The position numbers were made by a program, and so were the translations under genes. This document shows, piece after piece, positions 36,876 through 51,382 of a DNA stretch of 64,000 nucleotides (the first letter of the stretch is position 1; the number at the start of each line of letters is the position of its first letter). The notes under the pieces are model-generated. The model had not been told where the DNA came from, ran no database searches, and saw only the letters and a program-made list of their open reading frames with translations. Source of the stretch: Catajapyx aquilonaris (taxonomy: Eukaryota); assembly GCA_000934665.2 (NCBI GenBank), contig JYFJ02001741.1, forward strand, positions 1-64,000, in the 5' to 3' direction.

Positions 36876-39800
36876 TGAATTATCTATTGTACACTCATTG
36901 CGCATTGTGCATTGTGGATTGGAGTTGGATTCAGCTGTTCGTCTTATTTTCTCTCATACCATTTACACAAGAATAGTTTAAAATTAAATTAGTATCACAT
37001 CCCACAGTCAGTGTCCTTATACGTATACCAATGCTCATGCAGTGACTTCTATCAGCAATCATGTGGCCCAATGATCTGCTGAAACAAGTACGTTGTGATA
37101 ACAGTAAAACTGCGCAAATCTTGTGCCCGTATATAGTACACTTGGTGGTTCCGACAATAGTTCAAATCCGTCAATAGTACTAAATGTTGCATGCCGAGAT
37201 TATCCGACAGATATTTTCTAAGTGCAGGAGGAGTAAATAAATGACAACCTCTGCGTGTTTCCCTCTGAGAACTAAAACCGGGAATTCCAACGAAATTAGC
37301 AATGCCTCCCAAAATTAAGCACTATTTCGCAATATCCACCTTCTTCAGTAAAAAAGATAATAAGGCAACTCCTTAAAAAAAACTAGTCAATAGTTGCCGG
37401 GAAGCCTGTCATTATTTTTTCATTACAAATTACAACATTGGTCCCACTGCCTTGGGAACCCTCGACCAGAAAAAAAGTCATTCTAAATCAGCAAAAATTA
37501 TCTGATGTCCCATTTGCGCCAACGGTCGATCAGTAATAGCTTACAAGTTCAAGTCGGGCTAAGCACTTGCGAAGTCCTTGAATGGCATTTCCCATAACCA
37601 ACTTTGGAGGACTCTCTCTGGGTCCATGCCACACCCTTTTGGAGATAAAAAAATTTGTAATGCTACATATCTATACAAGTGCCCGGACATACCAAAACGC
37701 GACGGAAAAAACGTTTAAATGTGCTGCAAAAAAATACACTCAAAACGAGCGAATTTAGTGTACGGACTAAAATATCGAGTGCAAAATCACTCTAATTTAA
37801 AAGCAATCCTGCCTAATAAACATGGGGGAAAAAATTTGTTTCGGTCACCTTTTGAAGCAGGTTGGAGCGCTGCCGGCGGAAAATAAGGTCCCGGCCGTAC
37901 GGTACCCGGTATCGACCCATGCTTTTACAAACATGACTGCGAGCGGCTTCCCCCCTTTTGACAACTCTGCGGCACTTGTCACCCACCCTTGTTTGCCCCC
38001 CCCCTCTCCCCTGTCCCATTAGCGCCTTCTCTCCCTGTGTTCCACTCCCCAAATTTCATTTCGGCCATGAGTAATTAGCCCTCTGATATAAAGTAGTTCT
38101 CTTTTAAAAAAATGCCGACCCCAATTCAGGTGTCTTAGACGTATACCGGAGAATGTTAAAATGTGTGTGACCCCGCACAGCCGACTTCCTATTGTGTGAG
38201 GGACTCAGTCCGGAACAGTTGACATCCTGAACTCAATGGGCGACACTATCACGGTCTATATTCGGAAGTAGTGCGATGCTGAAGGTCACCACACATGCTG
38301 GGGATAACCCTCGCAAATTTTTTGGTGCGTACAAAGACAGGTGGTAGTTTGGCATTGACGAGACGACAACAATTTTTTTAAAAGGATCACATATACCCCC
38401 TTTGACACGAATGTAACCTTCGAGTTGAAACTGCATTCCTACGAATTGCATTGGATCAATCAATAATGTTCGATACGCTCTGGCATGATCTGATCTACGT
38501 CATGGGTGCATTGCAAACCAAGATTGGAACAGGAACAACCCACATTTTCCTCAGGAAAAGGAACGGCTGATAGGAAATTCACACATGCGTCACACACTCA
38601 CGTGCTGCAATTGCAAAATAAATAAAAAAGGAAGCAGCAAATGTCGATTTTCGATACACTGTGTAATGCACTCATTATTTCCAGTAAAAAATTCAGTAAA
38701 GTGCACGTTCATGTGACGCACTGGCCAGACTGTCTAATAAATATTAGCCGGTCAGCATTAAATCTTGACAAATGGCCAGGAAAAAAAATTTGGACTCGAA
38801 TAACAGTGATGTAAAAGTAGTTTCTACATAGTGGAGTTACATAGGTTTGAACGCCCTATAGCGTCATATGGTTCAGATTTCTAGGGAGTGGTGAATTTTG
38901 GTGAAGAGAAAGGAATGAAGAGGAGGCCAGTCCTTTCTCTTCCAAGATCGGGGGCTATAACGTGCTCTCGCCCAAATATTCTTTATAGACCCTCACGACC
39001 TGCCCTTCCTTATTAATCACCTGCGTGCTTGCTTTTGGCGTGCTCTGTGCAGTAGGGACAAATGCGGACTTGACGTATAAACACACGATAATGAATTATT
39101 GTCGTCTGCAAAGGCGATTGGTGGCGCTGTGCCGCATGGTAAGATGACAGGATGGTTGATAAATAGGGGGCGTTTACCAGCTAACAACTATTATACGGCT
39201 GGATAATGTATCAGGAGAATATTGCAGAAGATGGGGTGCACACACACACCGGAGAAATTTGTAGAAATATATTAGGCGTGATTTTTCGTGAATTGTGAGG
39301 TCATTCTCCAGGGATATCGTTCCTGGAGGAAGACTATTAGCTTCTGGAAGTGCACCTGTTTGCACTGCTCTCCCAGGGCGATCAGTTCGACGAAGTGCTC
39401 GTTCACTTGATTGCCTTGGATTCTTGGAGACTGCGGATCTTTATCTCCAGGACTGTATACTGCGTACACCCTAAATTATGTTGAAATCGCCATCAAAGTA
39501 CATCTATCGTCATGGTTGCACCTGGATGTCATCTCGCACAAAAGTGTAGGTTAATTAGTGTATTTTCCGACTTCTTTTTTACGGGGCATGTGGCGAAATA
39601 GTGGCCCAGAGTATGACGCCGATGGGACATGCAGTAACTCCATCCGTTTCGACGTCAATTGACACGTAGGTAATGGGTGTGTGCGCTTTTTTTTGTGGTA
39701 CCTGGACTGACAAATTACCTGTGGGCTTTCCACTTCGACCTGTCCGTCAAAAACTGCGGCGTATGTGAAAACGTGAGGGCCCTTTTGTTTCGGCCGCATT

Positions 39801-42013
39801 ATAATGTAAACAGGAAGTTCCAACACACACACGTTATTCTGCAAGGCTAATATACAATATTGGGAAGCAAGTAAACACCCGCGCGACAATTACCATTCTG
39901 TTGATTTTCATACTCACATAATGATCTATTACAGTTGGGCTAAAATTGGATTCAAACATACCGGTATGTAAAAATATGTCTCATCAACAAACTCGGATTA
40001 CCTTATTCGTGTCGTTCCCTTATCACTTTGGTGGACAGGAAACTGCAGCCTTATCTGTGAGACATGATAAGAATGGGACATGATGCACTACATTAGCTTT
40101 TACATAAACGTTATGCTCGTTACGCTGGCTATATACATGGCATAAAACTTGTTGGGTACAAAGTAGTTAAATATTCTCAACTACTTATTTCCTGTCAAGA
40201 CCAGTTCCAGGTCTTATAGCCTTTTTTTCAAACTGTCAATCATCAGCTCATCTGAGTAGAAAATTGCACACGTCATTGTCATTCATTTGAGAAATTAAGT
40301 TAGGTGTGGCAGCTCGGTACATTGCAGACCTTAGCAATTACGGCCGGCTCCGGTTAATTTACGCACGAATCATTTACGTGTATATCCAGGCCGAGTCAAT
40401 AGTCTCTGACCCGTCAGCCATTTTTATCTGCATATCAAAATCCATAAATGAATCTATAAATTACCCTCCACGCTGTGCAGCAGACCAGTGGTTATTCTCA
40501 GTTAAATTATGTTCCTATTGGTTGCAGTCAAGGGCTGATTATATCTGCGGATATGTATGTATAGGAATTATTCATAATGCATATTATTCCCCCAATGGCA
40601 ATTCAGTTCACAATGGTAAAATCAATAAAAATAAATATTTTCCCTTATTTCTCTTCCTCATAAGCTCTTAAGGTCAATTACACAGGATAATCTCGCTCGT
40701 TACACTAATTTTTATCAATTATTAGGAGGCGTGTCGCTTCATAAATGAACAGATTTAATTTATGGCAGTGTCACAACATTCCTGCAAAGACCAGGAAACA
40801 AGATATGGGGCCAGAAATATGCATACAAATTCCTCCAAATGTGGAGATGGAGCCTGCGGGTTGTGCCCGGATGCCACAATCATCTGTGATAGTGGTGTAA
40901 AAGCGGGCTAGGAATATGCAAACCACGGAAAGAATGCAAATTACAAGCGATAATGGCAGTGTGATAAAGAAGATCAAGTGCTGGGAGGGTATAAGAAGAA
41001 GTCGCAGGAAGATCGTTCCACGTTTAAAGTGCAGCGGGGGTCCCGCACACATGGGTGAGAATGTGTCTATTTCACATGTGAGTGTTTCAGACCTTGTCTT
41101 GTTCATTTCTATGCTGAACTCGTGTGCTTTTTTGCTGAGAATATTGTGATTTTTTCATGGTTTCGTGTGTTTTATGCATTATTTACGGACATTGTTGTGA
41201 GATGCACTGTGGCCGATTTGTTTCGACTTGGTTGCAACCTTTGACCTATGTGCGTGCGACTTGTGTATAATCGGTGTAACCCCAATTTCACGTGAATAAT
41301 GTATAATCCGTTTATACTTTGAAAGGAAAGCAATGTTAAGGTAACAAGATGTCCTTGTTTCTCAAAGTGTTTAACCAGCTTTGATAATAGTGTAATGCGG
41401 ACTTAATTGTGCAAAAAGACGGCAAGAATGCAAAAAGACAAAAGTGTGAAAGTGCAGTTACGGAAGACTAGAGATAATAATTAAGACACATGGAAAACAT
41501 ATCCGGTTTCCAAAGTGAGAGTGTTTGTGCAGTGTTTGTTCACCTTTACACAAATTGTGCTGCAACCTTAAAAGTGAACTGACTGGATTGTATCTCTGTG
41601 ATGTAGACTGACATTTTGTACAGAGTCGTTGACCTTAATACATATTAGCCTCGGTCACCTTTAAAACAACCTGATGGTCATGAGTTCATGACCTCTCACC
41701 GCCTGCTTTTTTATTTATTAAATATCCAAGCCCTTTCCCACAAAATTGCAGGGCTGCGTGGGCCATGCCTTTTGACTCCCTCTGTCCACAATCGCATTTA
41801 TAACGATTAAGTTTCCAACAAATTAACTCCCCTAATTAACGCAACAGAACCCGCCGACTATACATAGCAAATGACTCCACACATAACGAATGGATTAGCA
41901 TGTACCGTGCAGTTAACATGAATAAATAACATATGATGATCGCCGCCAGCAAAAGGCTCCCTTCCTAACAAATTAATTAATCCCCACCCACCCTACCCAA
42001 CCCCCTATATGTA

Positions 42014-42214
42014 CAGGGTGATTCATTGAACATATACTCAATGTACAGTGTGCTGCAATATCGCACGATTCAGCCGCTAAAATGTGTTATTTACTTATTT
42101 ACGAGTTGCTATTAGGTAGAATTGAAAATAAAACATTTCGATCACTACATACAATTTTATTGTTCGCCCCAGCAACCTGCTGACTCCTTCTGACTTGGCC
42201 AGTGCAACACCCTG
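42014..42214. mobile_element. Tc1/mariner-type MITE
   Basis: TA-cagggtgattcattg ... cagtgcaacaccctg-TA. Confidence 0.6.
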
Positions 42215-45087
42215 TACACACACTCGCCAGAAGCAGCAAAATTTACCGTTTGGAAGGCACCCAATAATAGTCTGGGTTGCGGAACTGAGACCTGCTGAAT
42301 AATGGGCGGGTCCGGTCCTTTCTTCTTATACTGCCTGCCTCACTCACGCACACATATTTATACATACACTCACGCATAAAAAAGCATCCCGACCGGCATG
42401 CCGTTATGGAGAAGCGGCCGAATGGCGCCAAGGTGCACGAACTACTTTGATTACAGGTTGACTTGGGATTGATGAGAAGGTTTGGATTGACCCTTATCCT
42501 CCGGACTCGTATGATGATGATGATGATGCCCGGATTATTAACATTGTAGTACGGTAAACGAGTCATATGTTTTTGTTGTCCAGGTGTGTACACCCTGCTG
42601 GGTTCATTCCAGGAGGACATCGAGATACAAGCCATGTGCAGCTCAAAATAGACATGACAGGTGAATGCGACACCTCGGGGCGCCGGAAAGGTATGCAACT
42701 ATATACACTGCCAACATATGCAAAGTTGGCTCGAATCAAATATGAATTGGCTGCCCCTAAGACACACGCGGTCACCCGGCATTGCACCTGAACAATTCTG
42801 ACTCACCTCAACCGCATGCTGTTGCAGTTGGTCGGCCATTGCCTCTATTTCTTTTCCATCCCCAATTATAACCGCACGGCAAGAACGACAGCCAGCCATA
42901 CCAACCCTTGGTCATCGAATTGCAAAATAAACACAGAATCCGGCTCGCAAATATTGACACCTCTTTGGCTGGGTGGCACTTTCACTTCCAGGGCTCAAGT
43001 ACATGGAGGCAGATGGACGCGTTTCTTCGACGAGGAAATATTTCGCCATCTTACGAGCTTCGTAATGGTTTCCTTCCCCGCATTTATCTCATCTCCCTTT
43101 GCCTTCTGCTTCTAGAGAGAGAGTTTTTGGTATTCTTTAGTGCGACACACAAAAAAATTTATTTTCCAGCAAAGGTGTTATCTCACGATGCTGCCAACAG
43201 ACTTTGGAACCTCTGGGGGACTCCGCAGCTCCTTTTTCGGAAACTTTACAAGCCTAGCTTACAAAAGATTTTCTTCTTCTTCCCTTTCTATACTTACAAA
43301 TTTCATGCTGCCTCCTTTTGAAATAAGCTGGAATCGTAGGTCGATTGAGTCCAAAAACCTGTTCAAAGAAGGTCGTCCTTTGGTTCCCAACAAAAAGTGA
43401 GTGTTTGCACTTGAATGCAAGGTCGGTTCATGCAGCAGGTACAAACCGACAGGTTTATTACTAGCCTGTTCTGATCTATGCTATTCGTATAACGAGATTT
43501 ACGATCTTCCGCTCTATCGTTAAATGATGCACGCTTGTAACCGGCACGTAACTCTTTGCCGATACTAGATGTGCCATATAATATCAATAGAGGAGGTCAT
43601 TTATGCCGCTTTGTGTCATCTTTTCAGGGGTTTACGACGTGTGTTGTTACGCTGTATGAAATATGTCATTCTTTCATGGATGAACGGCTTGAAACACTTC
43701 AAAAAATACTGTCCACAATAAAATCCTTCTAACTGTCGTCTATTTGCAATTATTATACCTGCTGGACACTGCCAACTGTTGGCGACATCGCAATATTTGT
43801 CCACCGTAATGTCGCCCTGTCCACTTTTTATGCCCTCAAAGTCCCCAAAGGCGTGTTGACTATTTTTGGGTAGCGAATGGTGGGTTGGCAAACCTGGCCC
43901 TGGAGAGAAATCCCAGGCTGACCTTGCACGTTTTGGAGCGGACCTTCGCCAGGTTGCATGGAGCTCGAGAGAGATCAACATCCGCGGTCCATTACCCTTA
44001 GCTGGCCAGCAGTAAACAAAAGGGACAGGTAAAATGGGCACCGGGAAGGCGAGGCTCCATAGAAAGTGGTTCTCTTTTTTATATATATTCATCCTAGCAA
44101 CCTCTGGCCAGAAGCAAGTAAAATTCATGAACTCCCCTTTGGGCGTTTGTGAAAATTTTTTTATATATAATCCCTAGAACCTATTGAAAACCCCGTTTCC
44201 TAGTCCTTGGGGCGATGTCAGAAAAATTTGGGGGAAGATAGACATTTCGCCGATAAATCATGGCTGCTGCGGAAAACTTTTTCTTCTCCTGGAAGCCTGG
44301 AGCAAAAAGGAGAGGAGTTTCTTGTACGGACAGGTTTCTCTTTCGCCTAAAAATGCAGCCATCCTACTTTCTCTGGTGCGGTACGAGATGTCGAACACTT
44401 TTCGATATCACAGTGGTCAACAAACTTGGGAAGGTTGCAGCATTTCGACCGAAACCTTTTCCAACCCGGATGACCGCTGGTTGGTCTGCCCGGTGGTGGT
44501 TGGTTGGTGTGGTGGGTGGTGGGCCAACTGAAGACCAAGAAGAAGAAGAGGTGTTGGCAAAAACCGGCCAAACCAGCGGCATTCCAGCTCTTTGCAAGCA
44601 GGCGGCCAATGACACGAAGAGGCCAAGAAGGAACGCGGGCGCCAGCGGCGTCGCCATCAACTTTTTGGTAAACACCTTTGGCGCCATGGTGCTGGAGAAG
44701 TTTTCGGCCAAGGGCGGTCGCCTCCAGGCACCCAAAGGAAAAACCTTGAGAAAATTAATCCCTTCCAACATCCCCGCCTTCATCATTTCCTCGTGTTCTT
44801 CTGTCACGTCTTCATGACCATTCCAGAATTTCGCAATATTCTCAGCAACAAAAGAGAGGCGCAAATTGCGCCGGGTGTGATAAAATAATTCGCTGGCCGC
44901 TTTGTGGCTAATTGCTATAGGCAATAATCACCAATTTCGCGCTGTAGACGGCGATTCGACAATGAACTTGCCGGATCCAGAAGGCCTTCAAACTGCCACC
45001 AGAAAATCCGGTTAAAAATACTGGGCGGTGAAGAGCCCAAATCGCCTGCTCATAGTTTTATTGCGGGGGGCAATTCAGAAAACACAT

Positions 45088-45282
45088 ACTTAAAAACGTA
45101 GAAAACCTGCCAAATATTGCAGAAAACTGGAGAAAAGAATTGAGAAAATTCTTGCCCGGCCAGGGGATCGAACCTTGGACCTCAGAGGTGGTCAAAGGTT
45201 CGATCCCCGGACAGGGAAAGAATTTTCTCCATTGTTTTCTCAAATTATCTGGAGGATTTGAGATGTTTTCTCCGTTTTCGAG
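45088..45282. repeat. Head-to-head inverted pair of tRNA-SINE fragments
   Basis: ggggatcgaacct (45161-45173) and aggttcgatcccc (45196-45208) are B-boxes in opposite orientation. The arms remain homologous for ~90 bp each. Confidence 0.75.
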
Positions 45283-48200
45283 CTTCTCATGCACATTCAT
45301 ACGCTTTCTTACATGTAACTGTTTACCCCAGCAATTTTGCTTCTCTCTAGTTACTGGTGTAATCAAAATTCTGCGTTTGTCGCAAAATCTGCAAAATCCG
45401 TTCCAAAAAAATTATTTCGCAAAAAAAACAATGGTCAGCGCCTAATGCCCAGTGCGCAGGTCATCCCGGCCACTGACCTCTTCCCTCCCCAGCGCAAAAA
45501 GGTGCAATTACCGAGCATAAAAATCCTCTCTCCCCCGCCTGCAAATTCCACTTTATGCCTCTATTTTGACAAGTGCACACCGCCCAGATACACACAAAGT
45601 TGTCGCCTTGTTGTCCGCCCCTTGACCTGCTCAAGGGTGTAACGACCCAGCTTGGAAAAAAAATGCAAATGGCAAAGTCGATCGGCGACCTTGACCGGTT
45701 CAGCGCGCGATTTGCGAATAATTCTTGCAATCTTCTCCGGCGCACCGGTATTCCCTTGCCCTTCGGTATGTGGCAAGTTCCTGTTTTTCCATGAAGGCAA
45801 AACGGTGAACAACAAGAGGCAGGCCTCCGAAAAACCTGATTGGGCTCCGTTGGGCTGGTCGTGAAATAAGCGCCAAAGTCGCGATTTTTTTTTTGCAAAA
45901 ATTCTATTCAAAGGATGTCTCAGGACAGGTACAGTAATTTAATCCGGCCGCATTTTTTTTTCTTTTTGCAAACCAGTCATTCGGTGTTGTTTACACCAGG
46001 ACTTGCTATTCTGGTTTCCACAATCTATTTTCAGACTCATTAACATGCAGGACTAGCCCACCATTTTTACGGTGACTAATGTCCGACTAGGAATTCCTGT
46101 ATAATTAGTATCGGGAAGATTACCAATTTTTTTTAAAGGCTCCAAAATTCGGGGTGAATGGCATCAAAAGACTCTGCGTGAGATTTCTGGCCACATTTGG
46201 ACACGGTGTCGGCCTCGTGACGCAAGCAGACGTTTGAGCAGTCCTCCGATTTCGAGCCCTCTTGTTATCCACTACATTAGATAATGGCGGCCATGCAACA
46301 AGTTACCCGTGCGGAATAGGGTCTATAATCGAAGGGTCGACTCCCCGAATCGCAACCTGAGAGAAACACTCGACCGATTTTCCCGTGGACGTCATCGGTG
46401 GTCAATCTTCACTAGTGGCGCGTCTCATACTTATTTACAGCAATCGGAAGCAGTTCTAATATAATATCAGGTCTTAATAGCATTTTAGCAGAGTAGCAGT
46501 TCCTGATAGCGTTTATAACATAATAGGGGCTCTTAATAGCAGTAACTGCTATTTAGGCGACGTTGCCACATTTTCGTGCCCCGAAAGTAAAGCCGGAACA
46601 ATCCGGGTACAATGTCATTGTCCGGGGGTTGAAAAATTTTCGCACCTGGCCGTGAAGCTGGCCTTTGCCACGTGCGTAAATGTCGCCATTCTTACTCACC
46701 CTATTTGCGAAGAACAAATTGCATCGGCCCTGAAAAGGCAACCACGTTCCGGGGGAGGCGCAATGAAAGAAGTAATTGATTCAATTACACCTCCCACTGG
46801 CTTTGAATTGTACTCCGATTCTTATTCTGGGCATGCATCAGAAGCATGCTTAGAAAACGGCATTCAGATCTGTTCTCTCTCTTTTTTTGCGAATTCAATG
46901 CCCGGAATTCCGTGAGCTGTGATTACACCGTAAAAGGTACATCGCAGTTTTCATCAACTTCCCCTAAGCGATAAATCACTAACGATGCTACTACAAAAAT
47001 TTTAAAAAAACTTCCGTTAACTGGATAGTCACGGGGTGCATTTTAGGAATGTAATGTTAATAAACATTTACTGCGACTTTTATCATCTCAAGTACAGGTG
47101 GTGAAGATGTGTCGTCGCGGATGACCTCCGAGGGAAATTGTTTATGTCGTCATGAGTCATACCGACTGTTGATCACTTCATCCGACTGAAAAGTTTCCGA
47201 GCCTGCAAACACGTCAATATCTCTGAAGGATACCCATGTGAGCTGACTTATACAACATATTTCACTTAACCAGTCATTTAGCGCCGGACGAAAAAAAAAG
47301 AGAGAAGAAATGGCGTACTCATCAGTGATGAATTGCTGACGACAATACGCGTGAGGACAAATGTTTTCGAGCAAAAAAGTGTAAACAAAAAAGTAAATTC
47401 GTGACTATTGTATATCTTCACCGCCTGACATTTACAACAAATCCAAACAGCACGATCGAATTGTCAGTTACGTGTGAATTCTTCCAGCATGAATTTTGCA
47501 CGCAAAAAATTTAAGCCAAGATACCATGATTTAGCACAACCACAAGTATATGAAAATGTGACGAACAGATTTTTCTACCCAATTATAAATGGTATGACAA
47601 ATGATGTCACCATAAATAAGAGAGGTCACCCCCTGACCCCGAAATGCCATTTTGGCATAACGACTTGACATTGCGAAAAATATAGGTATATATCCCAGCA
47701 CACACACTCCAGTGGGTTACAACCGGTCTCCTCTGAAAAACTTAACTCAAGCATGAAGTGTGCGAAAATTTCTTCAAGAAGCCCCACCACGCTCATTTCG
47801 AACACACTTAACCCAGGCGTGAAAACTGGTCAAGAGGTCAGTGTGAAACTACACCCAAAAATATATCTTAGCACGACCATCCAACACGTTCCGAATGACT
47901 TCGTGTGCAAATCAGGCAAATCCTTGCAAAAAAAAAATAAAGAAGGCTGACGTAGTTCTTAACATATTTTTTTTGCACAGAAAGGAAGTTATTTCAAGGT
48001 GCTGCGTGTGCGTTACGTGGCAGAAGGTATGGGTAAAAATAGTATAAGTGCCGGTGGAATTGCCTAGACCTAGAAAATCCGGATTCCACAGCCCATCTGC
48101 CGCCAAATTTTGGGGGGATGAGGTCGCCGACACTGAGCCGCAAGAAAAAAAAGCTGCAAAAATATAACCCTGCCCTGTCACGTTTTATGCGACAACACCG

Positions 48201-51200
48201 ACGCATCTTAAAACCCGAGTTTTATCAGAGGGGTAAATAACCGAGGCGTGTGAATTCCCTTCCTGAACTATTACGTGCAAAAACCTACTATACGCACGTG
48301 ATGTAAATTACACTCCTCGAGTTTTTCAAAAAGTAATTAGGCGGTGGATCTTAAGATCTTGTTTGCAAAAATGCCACCGGAAATGTTCTCGACAATGTTC
48401 TTTGCAATTTTTCCGACTGTCGACGACCATGCGTGGGGAAGATAGGAGAGATCCAGGCACGAAAAGTGAATTCTCTAGCACGGAGCCCCAATTTTTTCCG
48501 TCCCATGTTATTTATTATTTCCATTTCGCAATGTCGTAAAAAAAGGGTCAAAGCCGAAAATTTCGTAACATTTTTTTTTCGTAATGGACAGGTGAGTGAA
48601 ACATTCGTCGTGCAAGTTGCTCCTGTTTTTTTTTTTATGTCACTTAACTCGCTCCAGTGTCCTAGTTTGAGTCGCACGCTTCAAGTCCCTTCTCTAAATC
48701 GGTAAGCATCGGTTTGAGATACAAGTGAAAGTTTCTCACCTGCTTGTCCCATTTCGAGTATAGAGAAAAAAAAGAAATACCTTTTGTCGCTTCACGAGAT
48801 CGTTGCATCATCGATTGAGAGCTGGAAACAAGAGCATTGTCTCCCAAGCCGATTGGCTCCCAGCAAATGTCTTCCGGATTTTTCTTGTCTTATACCACCT
48901 TCCTTCCCAGCTTCTTCAGAGACCCTTGAATATAGCGGAAAAACGAAAGTCGAAAATACTCCCGGAGCGTTGCACAAAGACGGAAGAGTGCAGCACTCAA
49001 AGGACCTTTTTTTCTCTCTCAATAGTGTTTCAAAGTGCGGGGTCGACCTCTAAGGGAAACATAGAGCAATCAATAATGGGAAGGGTAAAAAAAAATGGAA
49101 AAATTTTCCTTCCTCGAACTATAACCCTGAGAAGTTAAGGAAAGAAGAACTCTCCTAAAGTTCATCGAAACGACATGTGGGGCTCAGACATGAAAGGTAA
49201 CCGCACTCAGGTAACTTTACAACCTCTCAGGGAGTCTCCTGAGAACCAAAAGATGTTTTTTTTTGTAAGTTACTTCATAATGTTTAACCGCATAAGAACC
49301 TTTTTCCGACACTTTCATCCGGTTTAATTTAAAATTTCAGACATAACCAATATATTGCAAGAACAACTTTGAGACAGTTGGTATAAGTCATGAACTCGCA
49401 AGTATTGAGGAAATAGGATCACATGGTGCTATAGACACTTTCACATTTAAAAAATTAATTCAAATGAGCTGTGTCATTGTGAAATTGGCAAGGTCGAGCA
49501 AGTTGACGTACCAAGAAAATCTTGAAGATCAAGAAGAACCAGTCAGTGACATTTTATAGACTCTGCCATCCAATCAGACAGAAATGGCAACATAAGTTTC
49601 TACATTTCCTTTCTATAACTGTAAAAACTAGTTGCACCATGCAATTACGCAAGATGTGCCTCAAGTTCAACCACAATGGTGTGCTAATTTATCACCCAGG
49701 CGACACATACAATTCGCGCTTTTTTTAATTTACCAGAAATTGATGCCTGATTAAGTACTTATGCCACTTTTTTGTCCTTACTGATTGCAAGCATTCCCGA
49801 TACGGTCTGGCCCGTAATTAATGATGGTCGCCTGACAAGTGGCCAGCAGCTTCCTGCATGGCCATTCTTCTCCGCACCGTTCTGCACTTCAAGTACAATG
49901 CACTGCACCTCGGTATGACCAATCCGCTATAGGAAGACTATTTTTACTCCCCACCTCCCTCGTATAATTTTTTTGCATCCTCCGCATCCAGGCGCCAAAG
50001 TGCCCGTATAGCCTCCGGGCCATCCAAGCCTGTTGTAATCACCTACTAATTCTCCGAATGGGATTTTTTTTTTTCATTGCCCCCCAAAAAAAATTGGGAG
50101 CGGATTTTCCTAATGTGACCCAAGCAGACTTGCCATTTTTCACTGTGCAAAAATTTGCGCAAAAGAAGCCCTGGCGCCAGTTACCGGGACTTAATGTATG
50201 GTTCCTTCAGTATAATCCACCTTGCCCGCATACCATCTCCTTAGGTCTTATCCAAGGCCAAATACTGTACGAACAATCCCAGGTTTTTATTCGCATGCAA
50301 AAGTTAAGGGGGGTTACCCTATTTTTCTTGGTCGTTGACCACAAGTTCACTTTTTTATATATATTATTTTTTACGACCAGAAGCGCCTTCTGGAAAAAAA
50401 ATCAAGTGTACCGGAACTTCACCCGCAAACAATTACGTGCGGGTAATTACGTTACGTAATAAGCTCCGTGTAAAAATAGCAACCGTGCTCAATAATTTAA
50501 GCTGCGGGTCTATATGCAACGGTCTCCTGCAGCAACGATACCGACAGCGACAATTATTTCAGTATGTTGCCAAAAATATAATTATATCGTATAGACTGTA
50601 TAGATGGTGAAAGTATTACGCTTTGGGTTGACGGCTCATTTGCAATAATTCTGGGAATGGCCAGTTATATTTATCGTCTCGTTACATAACGAAATGCAAG
50701 TAAAACTAATGCTGATTTTCACGCAAGTCAGGTTACGTGAAGTTTCGCTGACATAACAATAATATGGATTGACAACACGAATGGATGAAAATAATATTTG
50801 CCCATTTTGAGCACGTACTAACGATGCAATAATTAACAATTTTTGCAAAAAATTACTTTTGCACGACCTTGCACCATAACGAACCTGTTCCTAATGGTGC
50901 GCAAGCCAGCTGTTGATGCACTCGGCCATGACACGTTGCCAGTACTGACCTTACAAGACGCAATTCAAACTTGAACTTCGCTCATCCAATCCACCACACA
51001 ATGTTTTCGCAAAACTTAGGCTCGAAAAAATCTCTCCAAGGTGACGCAACCTAACAAAAATAACAGCCTTTCATAAATTCCTGAGACTGACCCAACGCTT
51101 CCTCGATACAATCAATTGAAAGAAAAAGGTTTTTCCTCCTTTAAAGGTGGCAAAGTCCTACGTCACTGGAATCCTGTTGCTGTCATTTCTCACAGGAAAT

Positions 51201-51357
51201 CGCCAGGATCTTGACGGCGGAAAAGGTCGTCCATGTCCTAGGACTTATCTTCACGAGTGGCTGCGGCGACTTCCTTTCCGTTTTCTTCTTCTTCCTCGGT
51301 CACGGTCACTAGACTTTCTTACCCTCGACCGCCGGCGAAAAACCTTTTCCAGAGAGC

Positions 51358-51382
51358 GAGAGAGAGAGAGAGAGAGAGAGAG
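51358..51382. repeat. (GA)n microsatellite
   Basis: gagagagagagagagagagagagag. Confidence 0.9.
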
